From Squalus acanthias (lineage: Eukaryota): 64,000 nucleotides of DNA. The notes below the pieces were generated by a model. It was not told the DNA's origin and did no database searches. It saw only the letters and a program-made list of their open reading frames with translations. The position numbers were made by a program, and so were the translations under genes. Position 1 is the stretch's first letter, and every line of letters begins with the position of its first letter. The stretch lies in assembly GCA_030390025.1 (NCBI GenBank), contig CM059438.1, positions 56,608,001-56,672,000 of the forward strand, given 5' to 3'. This document shows positions 10,981 through 24,329 of the stretch, in pieces.

Positions 10981-12171
10981 CATGTATTTGGATTTCTAGA
11001 AGGCATTCGATAAGGTGCCACATTAAAGGTTACTGCACAAGATAAGAGCTCACGGGGTTGGGGTAATATATTAGCATGGATAGAGGATTGGCTAACTGAC
11101 AGAAAACAGAGAGTCGGGATAAATGGGTAATTTTCAGGTTGGCAAACTGTAATTAGTGGGGTGCTACAGGGGTCAGTGCTGGGGCCTCAACTATTTACAA
11201 TCTATGTTAATGACTTGGATGAATGGACTGAGTGTAATGTTGCCAAATTTGCTGATGATACAAAGATAGGTGGGAAAGCAAATTATGTGGAGGACGCAAA
11301 GAATCTCCAAAGGGATATAGATAGGCTAAGTGAGTGAGCAAAAATCTGGCAGATGGAGTTTAATGTGGGAAAATGCGAGGTTATCCACTTTGGTAGGAAA
11401 AATAAAAAGCAAATTATTATTTAAATGGAGAGAGATTACAAAATGCTGAGGTACAGAGCGATCTGGGGGTCCTTGTACATGAATCACAAAAAGTTAGCAT
11501 GTAGGTACAGCAAGTAATTAGGAAGGCAAATGGAAGGTTGGCCTTTATTGCAAAGGGAATGGAGTATAAAAGTAGGGAAGTCCTGTTACAACTGTATTAT
11601 TGTTGGTGAGACCACACCTGGAGTACTGCATACAGTTTTGGTCTCCTTATTTAAGGAAGGATATACTTGCATTGGAGGCAGTTCAGAGAAGGTTCACGAG
11701 GTTGATTCCGGAGATGAAGGGGTTGTCTTATGAAGATAGGTTGAGCAGGTTGGGCCTATACTCATTGGAGTTTAGAAGAATGAGAGGGGATCTTATTGAA
11801 ACATATAAGATTCTGAAGGGGCTTGACAGAGTAGATGCAGAGAGGATGTTTCCCCTCGTGGGGGAATCTAGAACTAGGGGGCATAATTTCAGAATAAGGG
11901 GGCACCCTTTTAAATCGGAAATGAGGAGGAATTTCTTCTCTCAGAGGGTGGTGAATCTTTGGAATTCTCTTCCCCAGAGAGTTGTGGAGGCTGGGTCATT
12001 TAATATATTTAAGGTGGAGATAGACAGATTTTTGAAAGGTAAGGGAGTCAAGGGTTATGAGGAGCGGGCAGGGAAGTGGAGTTGAGGCCAAGACCAGATC
12101 AGTCATGATCTTATTGAATGGCTGAGCAGGCTCGAGGGGCCAAATGACCTACTCCTGCTCCTACGTCTTAT
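10981..12171 (+). mobile_element. 5'-truncated CR1 (family C) nested in family A
   Basis: RT and C-terminal ORF2 with stops, and 3' hairpin; host rejoins as gaagatgt|tggctgggg with ~6 bp lost. Confidence 0.85.
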
Positions 12172-12897
12172 GGCTGGGGGGGTCTAGAACGAGGGGTCAC
12201 AGTCTCAGGATACGGGGTAGGACATTTAGGACTGAGATGAGGAGAAATTTCTTCACTCAGAGGGTGGGAAACCTGTGGAATTCTCTACCACAGAAGGCTG
12301 TGGAGGCCAAGTCACTGAATATATTTAAGAAGGAGATAGATTTCTAGACACAAAAGGCATCAAGGGGTATGGGGAGAGAGCGGGAATATGGTATTGAGAT
12401 AGAGGATCAGCCATGATCATATTGAATGGCGGAGCAGGCTCAAAGGGCCGAATGGCCTACTCCTGCTCCTATTTTTCTATGTTTCTAAAAGAGACCCAGC
12501 CTGTTCATCCTTTCCCGATATGTATACCCGGATTTTCTAGTGTAACGCGATCTTTGCAGCGCTAATCTTAGAAGGAGGCCAAAGGTCGTCTCTGCCTCCT
12601 GCTTGCAGTGTAGGGGAACGGGGAAGAAAGGAGCAACCTGAACAGTTGCCGTACTTGCTCCAAAAATATTGTCACCTGATGTTTGTGGATTTTTTAATAG
12701 TTTATGAAATGAAAGCATCTGCGTTCTCCATAACACTAATCTTTCCCCAATGGTTACTCTTGAAAGTGTTTAAATGTGTAGTCATTGTGGCAGCTTTTAG
12801 TGGGTTTTGCATACTCGACACAAAATAATTATTTGATAAATAATTGGTTATGGAATTTTGAATAAATTATTTATAATTCCTTAAACTTTTAAGCAGT

Positions 12898-13505
12898 TGA
12901 GTCCAGATTTGCTAGGGGTGACATTCTGGTGACGCTATCATAAAGATAAAAGAGATCTTATCAGAGATCATCTTCAATTGTTGCAATGGAGTTCACCCAT
13001 TGATTTACTGACTCACAAACACTGTAGGCCTCCCGGAAAGCTGCCAGAAAAAGCAACCCCCCCCCCCCCCCCCCCCTGTCACTGATGAGCAAAAAATGAA
13101 AGTATAAAAGAAGAACCTTGGCAAAGGAGGCGTTTGAAGTTCCGGCATCCCTCTGAGGTGTTTTCCACTTGTCAGCGTCCATCCTCATAAGTCCTGCCAG
13201 ACTCCTCGTGGCCATTAACGTTGCTGAAACACCTTTTAGTGGCGTGATTTAGAGTGGGCGGCAATGGGAGTGGGGAACTCCAAAATGGATGAGCTGGCGT
13301 CAACTGGGTGTTGCACGCTGATTGATGTCATGCTTCAACTCATTAAAATGCTTTCGCCGATGGCAGGCAACAGCAGTGCTGCCAACCTGCCAAAAGTGTC
13401 AGCTGCCACGGGACCCGCCACCAGCTGGTGGAAGAGCGACGGCCACCGTTTCTTCACCATTTCATGGCGGTAACGGGTGACGCAAACCACCCGAATTTCT
13501 AGGCC
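12898..13505. mobile_element. Probable degraded non-autonomous DNA transposon (Harbinger-like MITE)
   Basis: GC-rich island ending gaatttctaggcc, similar in style to the termini of 36262-36940; left terminus poorly preserved. Confidence 0.35.
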
Positions 13506-13520
13506 ATTAACTGTTTAAAA

Positions 13521-13762
13521 GTAGCCATGATGTGGAGATGCCGGTGTTGGACTGGGGTGGACAAATGTGAGAAGTCGCACAACACCAGGTTATAGTCCAA
13601 CAGCTTTATTTGAAATCACAAGCTTTCGGAGCGGCTGCTCCTTCGTCAGGTGAAGTGAAGAAATAGTTCTTCACTTCACCTGACGAAGGAGCAGCGCTCC
13701 GAAAGCTTGTGATTTCAAATAAAGCTGTTGGACTATAACCTGGTGTTGTGCGACTTCTCACA
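13521..13762 (-). mobile_element. Penelope-like hairpin insertion (97/96-bp arms, ATAG loop, tail)
   Basis: TSD aactgtttaaaa at 13509-13520 and 13762-13773; arms 13566-13662 and 13667-13762. Confidence 0.9.
13676..13712 (+). ncRNA. Minimal hammerhead ribozyme motif, canonical core
   Basis: tcac-CTGACGA-a-ggagc(agc)gctcc-GAAA-gc-TT-gtga. Confidence 0.8.
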
Positions 13763-14370
13763 ACTGTTTAAAAAACTCAGTATAAACTTTACCTAACGTT
13801 TTTGAAATTTGTCCTGCAGCTTTTATTCAAATAATTTTGAAGAACAGCTGACCATAAACTGCTAGAAACTAAAGAAAATGATTCCATCAGTACAGCTGAT
13901 ACAATAGCACTGGTGCATCCTAGGAAATTATATACACTGCACATGCTCAGACTGCACAATCCAAATTCAGCTCTCAGCTCCGGTCAAAAATATCAAGTCC
14001 AAGTCCCAGGTTTTGGGAGAGATTAAAGTTTTCAAGTGAAAACTTTAATGAAGGCAATAAAAGACATAAAAGACAATTAAATGGATACATTTGATCATGT
14101 TATTGTGAAATATAATTTTTTGATTTTTAAAAAATTTGTTTCAACCCTATTTTGGACATCAGAAATTTCAGTGTGGGGAAAAAAAAGGGAGCCAAAGATT
14201 TTCATACGAAAAGTATTAAGAACAATTTGTGGGGCCACTCAGTGGCCAGATTGTGCAATTACAGGATTTACAGAAGGCAGTTATAATTATAAATGTGGAC
14301 ACAGGAATTTATAATGGGAAGATTGAGAAATGTGACAACAGGAAGTAGGGTTTCGTAAGCAGGAATTGCA
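13763..14370. repeat. Diverged ~600-bp direct duplication, copy 1 (copy 2 ~15681-16280)
   Basis: Shared colinear blocks: gctgaccataaactgctagaa, acatgctcagactgcacaa, aatggatacattt, cagtggccagatt, ttataaatgtgg, gtgacaacaggaagta. Confidence 0.85.
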
Positions 14371-14649
14371 TGAAGACATAACATTTTTATTAAGATACCA
14401 GTTGAACTCCCATAGCGATGCCCATGGGAAGTCAAGACCAAGTGTAGTCTTTAGGCGATGCAAGGTTAGCGGGTGGGGATAATTGGACATGGTAGATAGA
14501 TGTAATTCAGTTCTCAGTTTAGTCATACCTTCTATTCTTATTTTTATATTTGTATTATAAACTCCTATGTCTAGACTTACAATGGAAACCATCTATGCAA
14601 ACTTGTCCTGCTATAACTCCACCCTCTGCTACTGTAAGGATGTAATTAA

Positions 14650-14755
14650 AAGAAATAACTTGCATTGATATGCCTTACGACCTCAAGATGTCCTAAAGTG
14701 CTTTACAGCCAATGAGGTACCTTTGAAGTGTTGTCACTGTAGAAATGTAGGGAAT
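14650..14755 (-). mobile_element. DeuSINE (SacSINE1/AmnSINE1-like) 3' tail fragment
   Basis: Reverse complement matches the tail at 39655-39713 plus 43958-43999. Confidence 0.65.
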
Positions 14756-15680
14756 TAATTAATTGATGCATTATAAATGTAGAAATTGGAATGAATAATG
14801 GTAAAAGTTGACGGAAGTGCATATAGACATAAGATTTGTAATGTATTACTAGTCTATCTCCTGTGGCATTGCACAAGGTTTAAGTCAGAGAATATGGTTT
14901 CTCTTACCTCTCTGCTGTCTTCGTGTTGCTATTTCTGTCTCTCCTCTTCTGCGTCTCTTTTTCTTGTCTAACTTCTCTAACACTTTCTTCCTCTCTCCTT
15001 CCTTTTCTACTTCTTTTGCTTGTTTGCTTTCAGGTGGGAGGTTGAATGGCGCGGTAGTGAAAAGGGCCACCAACAGCTGAATTTGGAATGGGGTTGGGGT
15101 AAAATGTGGCCCCGAGTGATTCCATTCCCACCCTCACTTTCATTGCACCCTTTACCTCATCACCTTCCCTTCCAACCACCTTTATTTACTGCCATCACTA
15201 CTCCTACATCTTCCCTTTTGAATTACCCACTCAAGCCCTGTATCCTCCCCTCCACCCCGCTGCCACTCACCTCACCCTTAACCCTCCATCCACTCCTGCT
15301 CATGGGCAACTGGAGAGGTCAGAGGCCCCCTCGCATGGTTTCCCTACTCTCTGCCTTTATCTGTTTCCCTCAGACACTTAAGTTAGAGTGCAAAATTCAA
15401 CTTTAAAAAAAATTCAAATTAGAATGAGCTAAGACACTGTGCTTGTAACTATGTCTCTCTCCCTTCCTGTCACATTGTGTTAGCAATGACCTTTTCTAAG
15501 TGTCTGCAAAACACAGGTGAGATCATTAAATGGCTTCAAAATTCAACTGTTTTTGAAGATTAAACAGTAGCTTGAGAAAGACACTCACTCTCTGATTTCA
15601 GTGTTTCTCGGTTTAATACATTTTCTGAAGTTTAGTTGTGTGAAACCAGTACAGACATATTTTCCTCACTCTCACATTCT

Positions 15681-16280
15681 CTGTTTAAAAGACACTCAAT
15701 ATAAACTTTACTTCAATTAAGTTTTTGAAATTTGTCTTTCAACTTTTCTTCAAATAATTTGAAAAGCTGACCATAAACTGCTAGAAGCTAAAACATATTC
15801 CATCAGTGTGTATGACTAACGCATCCTGTAAAATTAGGTACGTCGTACATGCTCAGACTGCACAACCCAAATTCAGCTCACAGCTCGGGGTAAAAATATG
15901 AAATTCAAACGTAAGCTTCTGGGAGAGGATGAGGGCTCCAAGTAAAAACTTTTATGAAGGCATTAAAAGACACAAAAGACAATTCAATGGATACATTTTA
16001 ATCACAAATTATGTCAAAAAAAGTATATATTTTGTATAAACTGTTATTTTGGACATAGAAATTTCAGCTATTGAGGAAAAAAAAGGTGGATCACACATGT
16101 TCATGACAAATGTTTAGAAAGCATTTTGAATGGCTTGTGGGAAAAGTCACCCAGTGGCCAGATTATGCAATTGCAAGGTGATGAGTTTACATCCGCAATT
16201 TCCATTATAAATGTGGTTATGGGAATTTATAATGGAAACGTGTGACAACAGGAAGTAAGGTTTTGTAGACCGGAAACGCT
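15681..16280. repeat. Diverged ~600-bp direct duplication, copy 2
   Basis: Same colinear blocks as 13763-14370. Confidence 0.85.
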
Positions 16281-16557
16281 TACCGTTAATTTTTCTAATT
16301 ATTCTATATCTGTATATATCTCATTAAAAGTTTTGGGATAATGTCAAGGTTCATCTATCTTGTTTCTCTATGCCTGTACCAATTGTTATATAACTAAAAT
16401 ATCTTCACTTAGCTACCTTACATTTTTTTGGTGTTCAATTTGGCCACGGCTCACTATCTGTCCGGGGGTTGAGGATCCCTCATTAGATAATACAAACACA
16501 TTGGGTTCAAACTTTGAAAACAACACTCCAAACAAAATTGCATTGCAATTATTTTAA

Positions 16558-16563
16558 TTTATT
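16558..16563 (-). promoter_or_regulatory. Candidate poly(A) signal AATAAA of the tubulin gene
   Basis: tttatt on + strand about 100 nt after the stop codon; usage unproven. Confidence 0.4.
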
Positions 16564-16662
16564 CCCTTAAAAAGTAGCATTTGATATCAAGACAAGAAAG
16601 TGCAGAATGGCAATAGAGGAAATGCACATCTGAAGCTTTGTAGATAATGCATAATATATAGC

Positions 16663-17748
<1,086 letters not shown>

Positions 17749-18054
17749 TTACAACTCTTGGGCAATACATCAATAAGCCTGGATTTTGTTCTTTGGAATC
17801 CATAGCAGCATTACTACTATACTATTTTTAAAGCTTGTGCTTATCGTCATGAACTGCCTGAACAGCATTTACAAGAGCATCAATGACCAAGACTTTTGAA
17901 TTGCATAAGTGCACAGGAGTAAAGTCCCCGACTATGAACAGCATTGTTGCTACCTCAGCAATGACCTCAAACATATCTCACAACAATCCGCCACATGTCT
18001 ATATATCTGCATTGTATGATTTGTTTTGAGACTAATGGTGAGAGATTTTAGTGC

Positions 18055-18445
18055 TGGAGAAAGGCACCCAGTGTCAGCATTAACTGCTCCTAGGTCAGGT
18101 ATATGATGGTTATATGCAGAGTAAAGCTCCCTCTACTCTGGCCCAACAAAGTTCCTTACCTCTAATCACAGAAGTGCACCCCCTTACTATACCTGTGTAC
18201 CACTTTAACATTTCCCAAACCCAGCATCCTGTGCCTCCCTAAATGAGATTGCCAATTGTTGCTGAGTTTAAGGGGAAATTTTGTGCTGTAGAGCAATGCT
18301 CACTGGGAACTGGACTAAGACTGCCAACACTTTCATGCAGAAAGCCATCATCAGTGGAGTTTCATTCCAATAGACTGGGCTGAATCTAACCCCAAATCCT
18401 TGATGTGAAAAGCCAATGTCTAACCCACTGCACCACCCAGTCCCC
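18055..18445 (-). mobile_element. LF-SINE-like tRNA-headed SINE
   Basis: Minus strand starts ggggactgggtggtgcagtgggttag; contains ttggcagtcttagtccagttcccagtg and agagggagctttactctgcat, resembling the recalled LF-SINE consensus. Confidence 0.6.
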
Positions 18446-18566
18446 ACAACAAGTCTATCTTTACATTAATAAAAATAACTAATGTGACTTTTGAGTCAGC
18501 TTCATCACGTGACCATTCTGATTGCTCTGTTGGATTGACAGCTATGGACAAATGCTATCAAAGATT

Positions 18567-21500
18567 GCGCCTCGGCGGGGATTCCATCTGCTCCTGAGGC
18601 CTTGTTGTTCTTCAGTTGTCGGATGGCCTTTTCAATCTCATGTCGGGCTGGGGTTGTGCTGAGGTGGTGGTGGGTAGCATGCTGCGGGATGGAGCTGAGG
18701 ACACTCGCGTCGAAGACAGAGTCTCGGTTAAGGAGATCTTCGGAGTGCTTCTTCCAGCGGGCACTGACTGCCTCTCTGTCCTTGAGGAGTACCTCTCCAT
18801 TCTTGGCCCGCAGTGGGGTAGGACCTTGGGTGCTTGGGCCGTAGGTGGTCTTGACTGCGCTAAAGAATCCACGCACGTCGTGGTTGTCGGCTAGCTGCTG
18901 GATCTCCTGCGCTTTCTCCACCCACCATCTGTTCCTTAGGTCGCGACTTTTTTGTTGGATCTCGGCCTTCAGGCGTCTGTAGAGCTGCTTTCTTGCTCTC
19001 GAGTTCTGTTGCTGTTTCCAGATCAGGAGTGCCTTGCTCTTGCGGCTTATTAGCTCCAGGATCTCCTGGTCGTTCTCGTCGAACCAGTCTTGGTGTTTCC
19101 TGGTCGAGTGACCGAGCGTCTCTTCACAGGTGCTGATTATGGAGGCCTTGAGTGCAGACCAGGCACTGTGGACACTCTGTGTCTCTGAATCACTGGGAGT
19201 CGCCAGGTTGGTTGTGAGGCACAGGCTGAATAGGGCTTTCTTAGCAGGGTCTTTGAGTGCTCCAATGTTGATTTTCCTGCGGCATTGCTTCTGTTGCCAC
19301 TGCTGTTTTGGGGCTACGTTGATGGAGATGACACTAGGCGGTGGTCTGTCCAGTAGTCGTAAGCTCCTGTCATGGCGCGGGTGATGCGGACGTCCTTGCG
19401 GTTCCTTGCTCGGACGATGACGTAGTCCAGCAGATGCCAGTGCTTGGAGGGAGGGTGTTGCCATGAAGCCTTGTACTTGTCTCTCTGATGGAACAAGGTA
19501 TTGGTTAAGGGATTATTCGAGGCTGGAGTAGAATTCCTCTTTGGTCTCGTCTGTGGCTTCCAGTGTTGGGGCGTACGCACTGATGACCGTAGCACACTGG
19601 TTCCGGGCTAGGGTGAGCCGTAGAGTCATGAGGTGTTCATTTATTCCACAAGGGGAGTCTGAGACGTACAACTAGCTCATTTTTTATGGCAAAGCCTACC
19701 CGATGGAGGCGGCGTTCTTCTTCAGGTTGGAGAAGCACTATTGGCGGGAATACATGAACTAATTTCTCTTATTTGGAAGGAGGAAAGCATGCCAGGGGAT
19801 CTCAGAGACACCGTAATCGTGACCATCTTCAAGAAAGGTGACAAGTCTGATTGCGGTAATTACAGAGGAGTCTCCCTGCTGTCTGCCACAGGGAAAGTCA
19901 TCGCAAGAATCCTCCTCAATCGCCTTCTCCCAGTGGCTGAAGTGCTCCACCCAGAGTCGCAATGCGGATTCCGCCCACTAAGGGGCACAGTGGACATGAT
20001 CTTCACCGCGCGTCAACTACAAGAGAAATGCAGGGAACAGCACCAACTGCTGTACATGGCCTTCTTTGACCTCACAAAGGCCTTCGACACTGTCAACCGT
20101 GAGGGATTATGGAGTGTCCTCCTCAAATTCGGCTGCCCTCAAAAGTTTGTGACCATCCTCCGCCTGCTTCACGACGACATGCAAACCGTGATCCTGACCA
20201 ACGGATCCACCACAGACCCAATTCACATACGGACCGGGGTCAAGCAAGGCTGTGTCATCACACCAACGCTCTTCTCGATCTTCCTGGCTGCAATGCTCCA
20301 TCTCACCCTCAGTAAGCTCCCCGCTGGAGTGGAGCTAATCTACAGAACAAACGGGAAACTGTTCAACCTCTATCGTCTCCAGTCCAGATTCAAGCTGATA
20401 AATCCCTAGGGCCTGATAATCTGCATCCCAGAGTACTGAAAGAGGTAGCCATGGAAATAGTGGTTGCATTGGTTGTCATCTTCCAAAATTCTGTAGATTA
20501 TGGAACAGTTCCTGCAGATTGGAGGGTGGCAAATGTAACCCCACTATTTAAAAAAGGAGGGGGAGAGAAAACAGGAAACTACAGACCGGTTAGCCTAACA
20601 TCAGTAGTCGGGAAAATGCTAGAGTCTATTATAAAGGATGTGATAACAGGACACTTAGAAAATATCAACGGGATTAGACAAAGTCAACATGGATTTATGA
20701 AAGGGAAATCGTGTTTGACAAACCTACTGGAGTTTTTTGAGGATGTAACTGGTAGAATAGATAAGGGAGAACCAGTGGATGTGGTGTATTTGGATTTTCA
20801 GAAGGCCTTTGATAAAGTCCCACATAAGAGGTTTGTGTGCAAAATTAAAGCACATGGGATTGGGGGTAATATACTGGCATGGATTGAAAATTGGTTAACA
20901 GACAGGAAACAGAGAGTAGGAATAAATGGGTCTTTTTCGGGGTGGCAGGTGGTGACTAGTGGGGTACCGCAGGGATCAGTGCTTGGGCCCCAGCTATTCA
21001 CAATATATATCAATGATTTGGATGAGGGAACCAAATGTAATATTTCCAAGTTTGCTGACGACACAAAACTAGGTGGGATTGTGAGTTGTGAGGAGGATGC
21101 AAAGAGGCTTCAAGGCGATTTAGACAAGTTGAGTGAGTCGGCAAATACATGGCAGATGCAGTATAATGTGGATAAATGTGAAGTTATCCACTTCGGTAGG
21201 AAAAACAGAAAGGCAGAGTATTATTTAAATGGTGATAGATTGGGAAATGTTGGTGTACAGAGGGTCCTTGTACACCAGTCACTGAAAGCAAACATGCAGG
21301 TGCAGCAAGCAGTTAGGAAGGCAAATGGTATGTTGGCCTTCATTGCAAGAGGATTTGAGTACATGAGCAAGGATGTCTTACTACAGTTATACAGGGCCTT
21401 GGTGAGACCACACCTGGAGTACTGTGTGCAGTTTTGGTCTCCTTACCTAAGAAAGCATATACTTGCCATAGAGGGAATGCAGTGAAGGTTCACCAGACTG

Positions 21501-22998
21501 ATTCTTGGAATGGCAGGACTGTCGTATGAGGAGAGATTGGGTCGACTAGGCCTGTATTCACTAGAGTATAGAAGAATGAGAGGGGATCTCATTGAAACGT
21601 ATAAAATTCTGACAGGGCTAGACAGACTGGATGCAGGGAGGATGTTTCCCCTGGCTGGGGGTCTAGAACGAAGGGTCACTGTCTCAAGATACGGGTTAGG
21701 ACGTTTAGGACTGAGATGAGGAGAAATTTCTTCACTCAGCGGATAGTGAACCTGTGGAAATCTCTACCACAGAAGGCTGTGGAGGCCAAGTCATTGAATA
21801 TATTTAAGAAGGAGATAGATAGATTTCTAAACGCAAAAGGCATCAAGGGGTATGGGGAGGGAGCGGGAATATGGTATTGAGATAGAGGATCAGCCATGAT
21901 CATATTGAATGGCGGAGCAGGCTTGAAGGGCCGAATGGCCTACTCCTGCTTCTATTTTTCTATGTTTCTATGTTCTATGTCCCATCCTCTGTCATCGAAT
22001 TACAGTATGCAGATGACGCTTGCGTCTGCACACACTCTGAGGTCGAACTCCAAACCATCGTCAACACCTTCACTGAAGCAACGAGAGCATGGGCCTTACA
22101 TCTGTAAGACAAAGGTCCTCTACCAACCTGCCCCAGCCACACAGTACTGCCCCCCAATTATCAAAATCCATGACGAGGCCTTGGACAATGTGGACCACTT
22201 TCCATATCTCGGGAACCTACTGTCAACAAGGGCAGACGTCGATGATGAAGTCCAACACCGCCTTCAGTGTGCCAGTGCAGCCTTCGGTCGCCTGAGGAAG
22301 AGAGTGTTTGAAGACCAGGACCTCAAACCCAGCACCAAGCTCATGGTCTACAGAACAGTAGTGATACCCGCCCTCCTGTATGCTTCAGAGACATGGACCA
22401 TGTACAGCAGGCACCTCAAAGCACTGGAGAGGTACCACCAACGCTGCCTCCGCAAGATCCTGAAAATCCATTGGCAGGATAGGCGCACAAACGTCAGTGT
22501 TCTTGCTGAGGCCAACATCCCCAGCATCGAAGCTTTGACCATGCTCGATCAGCTCCAATGGATGGGCCACATCTTCCGCATGCCCGATAAGAGACTCCCA
22601 AAGCAAGCGCTCTACTCGGAGCTCCAACACGGCAAGAGAGCCCCAGGTGGGCAGAGGAAACGCTTCAAGGACACCCTCAAAGCCTCCTTGAAAAAGTGCA
22701 ACATCCCCACCGACACCTGGGAATCCCTGGCCCAAGACCGCACAAAGTGGAGGAGAAGCATCCGGGAAGGTGCAGAACACCTCGAGTCTCTTCGCCGGGA
22801 GCAAGTGGAAGCCAAGCGCAAACAGCGGAAGGAGCGCATGTCAACCCAAGCACCCCACCCACCTGCCCCTTCAACCACCGTCTGCCCCACCTGTGACAGA
22901 GACTGTAGGACCCGCATTGGACTCATCAGTCACCTGAGAACTCATTTTTAGTGTGGAAGCAAGTCATCCTCGGTTCCGAGGGACTGCCTAAGTAGAAG
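18567..22998 (+). mobile_element. RTE-BovB LINE with inverted 5' part (18567-19728 minus; 19729-20394 and 21979-22998 plus)
   Basis: EN/linker on minus; RT (FFDLTKAFD, GVKQG, YADD) and C2H2 end (CPTC..HLRTH) on plus; colinear with the copy at 35395-39240. Confidence 0.9.
20393..21978 (+). mobile_element. 5'-truncated CR1 (family A) inserted in the RTE
   Basis: ORF 20451..21485 is CR1 RT; (TTTCTATG)n tail. Confidence 0.92.
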
Positions 22999-24329
22999 TA
23001 AAGATAGGCAAGGCAGGAAATCAGCAGGCTTCAATTTATATAAGAAACTGCACAAATACTGAGAAGTCCACAACTCAGTAGTGAAATTGGAGTCGATAAT
23101 GATAATGACCATGTGATAATGTTGTATGCCCCCCTCTTCCCTTTGCCAGAAACACCATCATTTGGCACTCGCCCGCCTGAGCCAGGGGTTTCCGGAGAAC
23201 CAACTGCTCCTCCTGAATCATTGTACTCTTACTGTGGCATCTCTTGATGGTGTTGTGGTGAACACGTGCTGGCCGGGGACTTATAAAGATTTGTTTTGTT
23301 ACACACGAAAAACAAGAAAGACAAAGCAACAGTAGCAGGGACCGTAGGAGAGCTGAGATGAACACAGAAACAGCCTGGGCAAAGAGGGTGCGTGGTGTAG
23401 AACAGAGAAAACAGCAGTTGCAAGAGCATTGTCGAGCTGAAACAGACACAGCAACATGCCAGACAAAGAGGGGGTGGGATATAGAGCAGAGAAAGCACAT
23501 AACCTGCCTCACCCTGGGAACTGCAGTCATGCAGCGGAAGATGCACTAGCAGATTGCAGAAGCTTAAACCTACCCTCCCATACTGCTTGGACATACTGAC
23601 CTGGAATTTCCTCGGGGGTTCTCCAGCAGGAGATTGGGAGAACCCCGCGGAAATCCAGGGCCAATTTAGCCAGCTCACTCTCCACATTTGTCGAAAGAAA
23701 TGTAGTGCACTGCCAGGAGCACACAAACATTTAAATATTCACATGTGGGAGTTACTGTGAGAAGAGTAAAATAATAAAGAATCTGCAGCAATGGATTTAC
23801 CACAAGCAATACTTTGCTACCTGTGTTCAGAGTAAATTCCACTCTAAATCTCTGGGAGCCATACGTCACAGTAACCAGCAGCATTATAGAGGTCCCTGAT
23901 AATGAATGTTGTTAGAGTAAGTATTGGTTGCACTTGCTTTCTCTCTCACATTGCGTTGTGCACACAAATCAATTCTCTAACATCTCACTATGAATTGAGA
24001 CGCTACAGATTTGCAGTTTAGTTAGCTTACCAACATGCACTTTAAAAAACATGCTTCTCAAATTCAGGTTTGGTACCTTACCCTCTGACATGAATCTTGT
24101 CATTCATGTATGAAGTAATACTGGGCGGCCTGCTGGTGGCGCTGTCCAGGGAGAGTATAAATACTCGGGCATGGGCCCAGCTTGCTTAGGACATTCCTCA
24201 ACAGGAACTAGTGAAGGACACGACTAGATCTCCATGTTGAAAAACAGTTGACTAAAGCTTTGTTTAACGCTTAGACCAAGTGCCGAGTAGTTTTCTTATG
24301 TCACCCTCCTTGCAACCCCATTACTAATT

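Larger units (their letters stand above)
4551..12487 (+). mobile_element. 5'-truncated CR1 (family A), split by three later insertions
   Basis: Pieces 4551-4598, 9607-10172, 10713-10980 and 12171-12487 join colinearly with the uninterrupted family-A copy at 20393-21978. Confidence 0.85.

Noticed and set aside
21896..22951. 351-aa ORF as a gene
   Set aside because: CR1 3' UTR read-through fused to the RTE ORF C-terminus.
23599..23662. ~64-nt hairpin as a pre-miRNA
   Set aside because: Ends resemble the MITE-like termini elsewhere in the window; no expression evidence.
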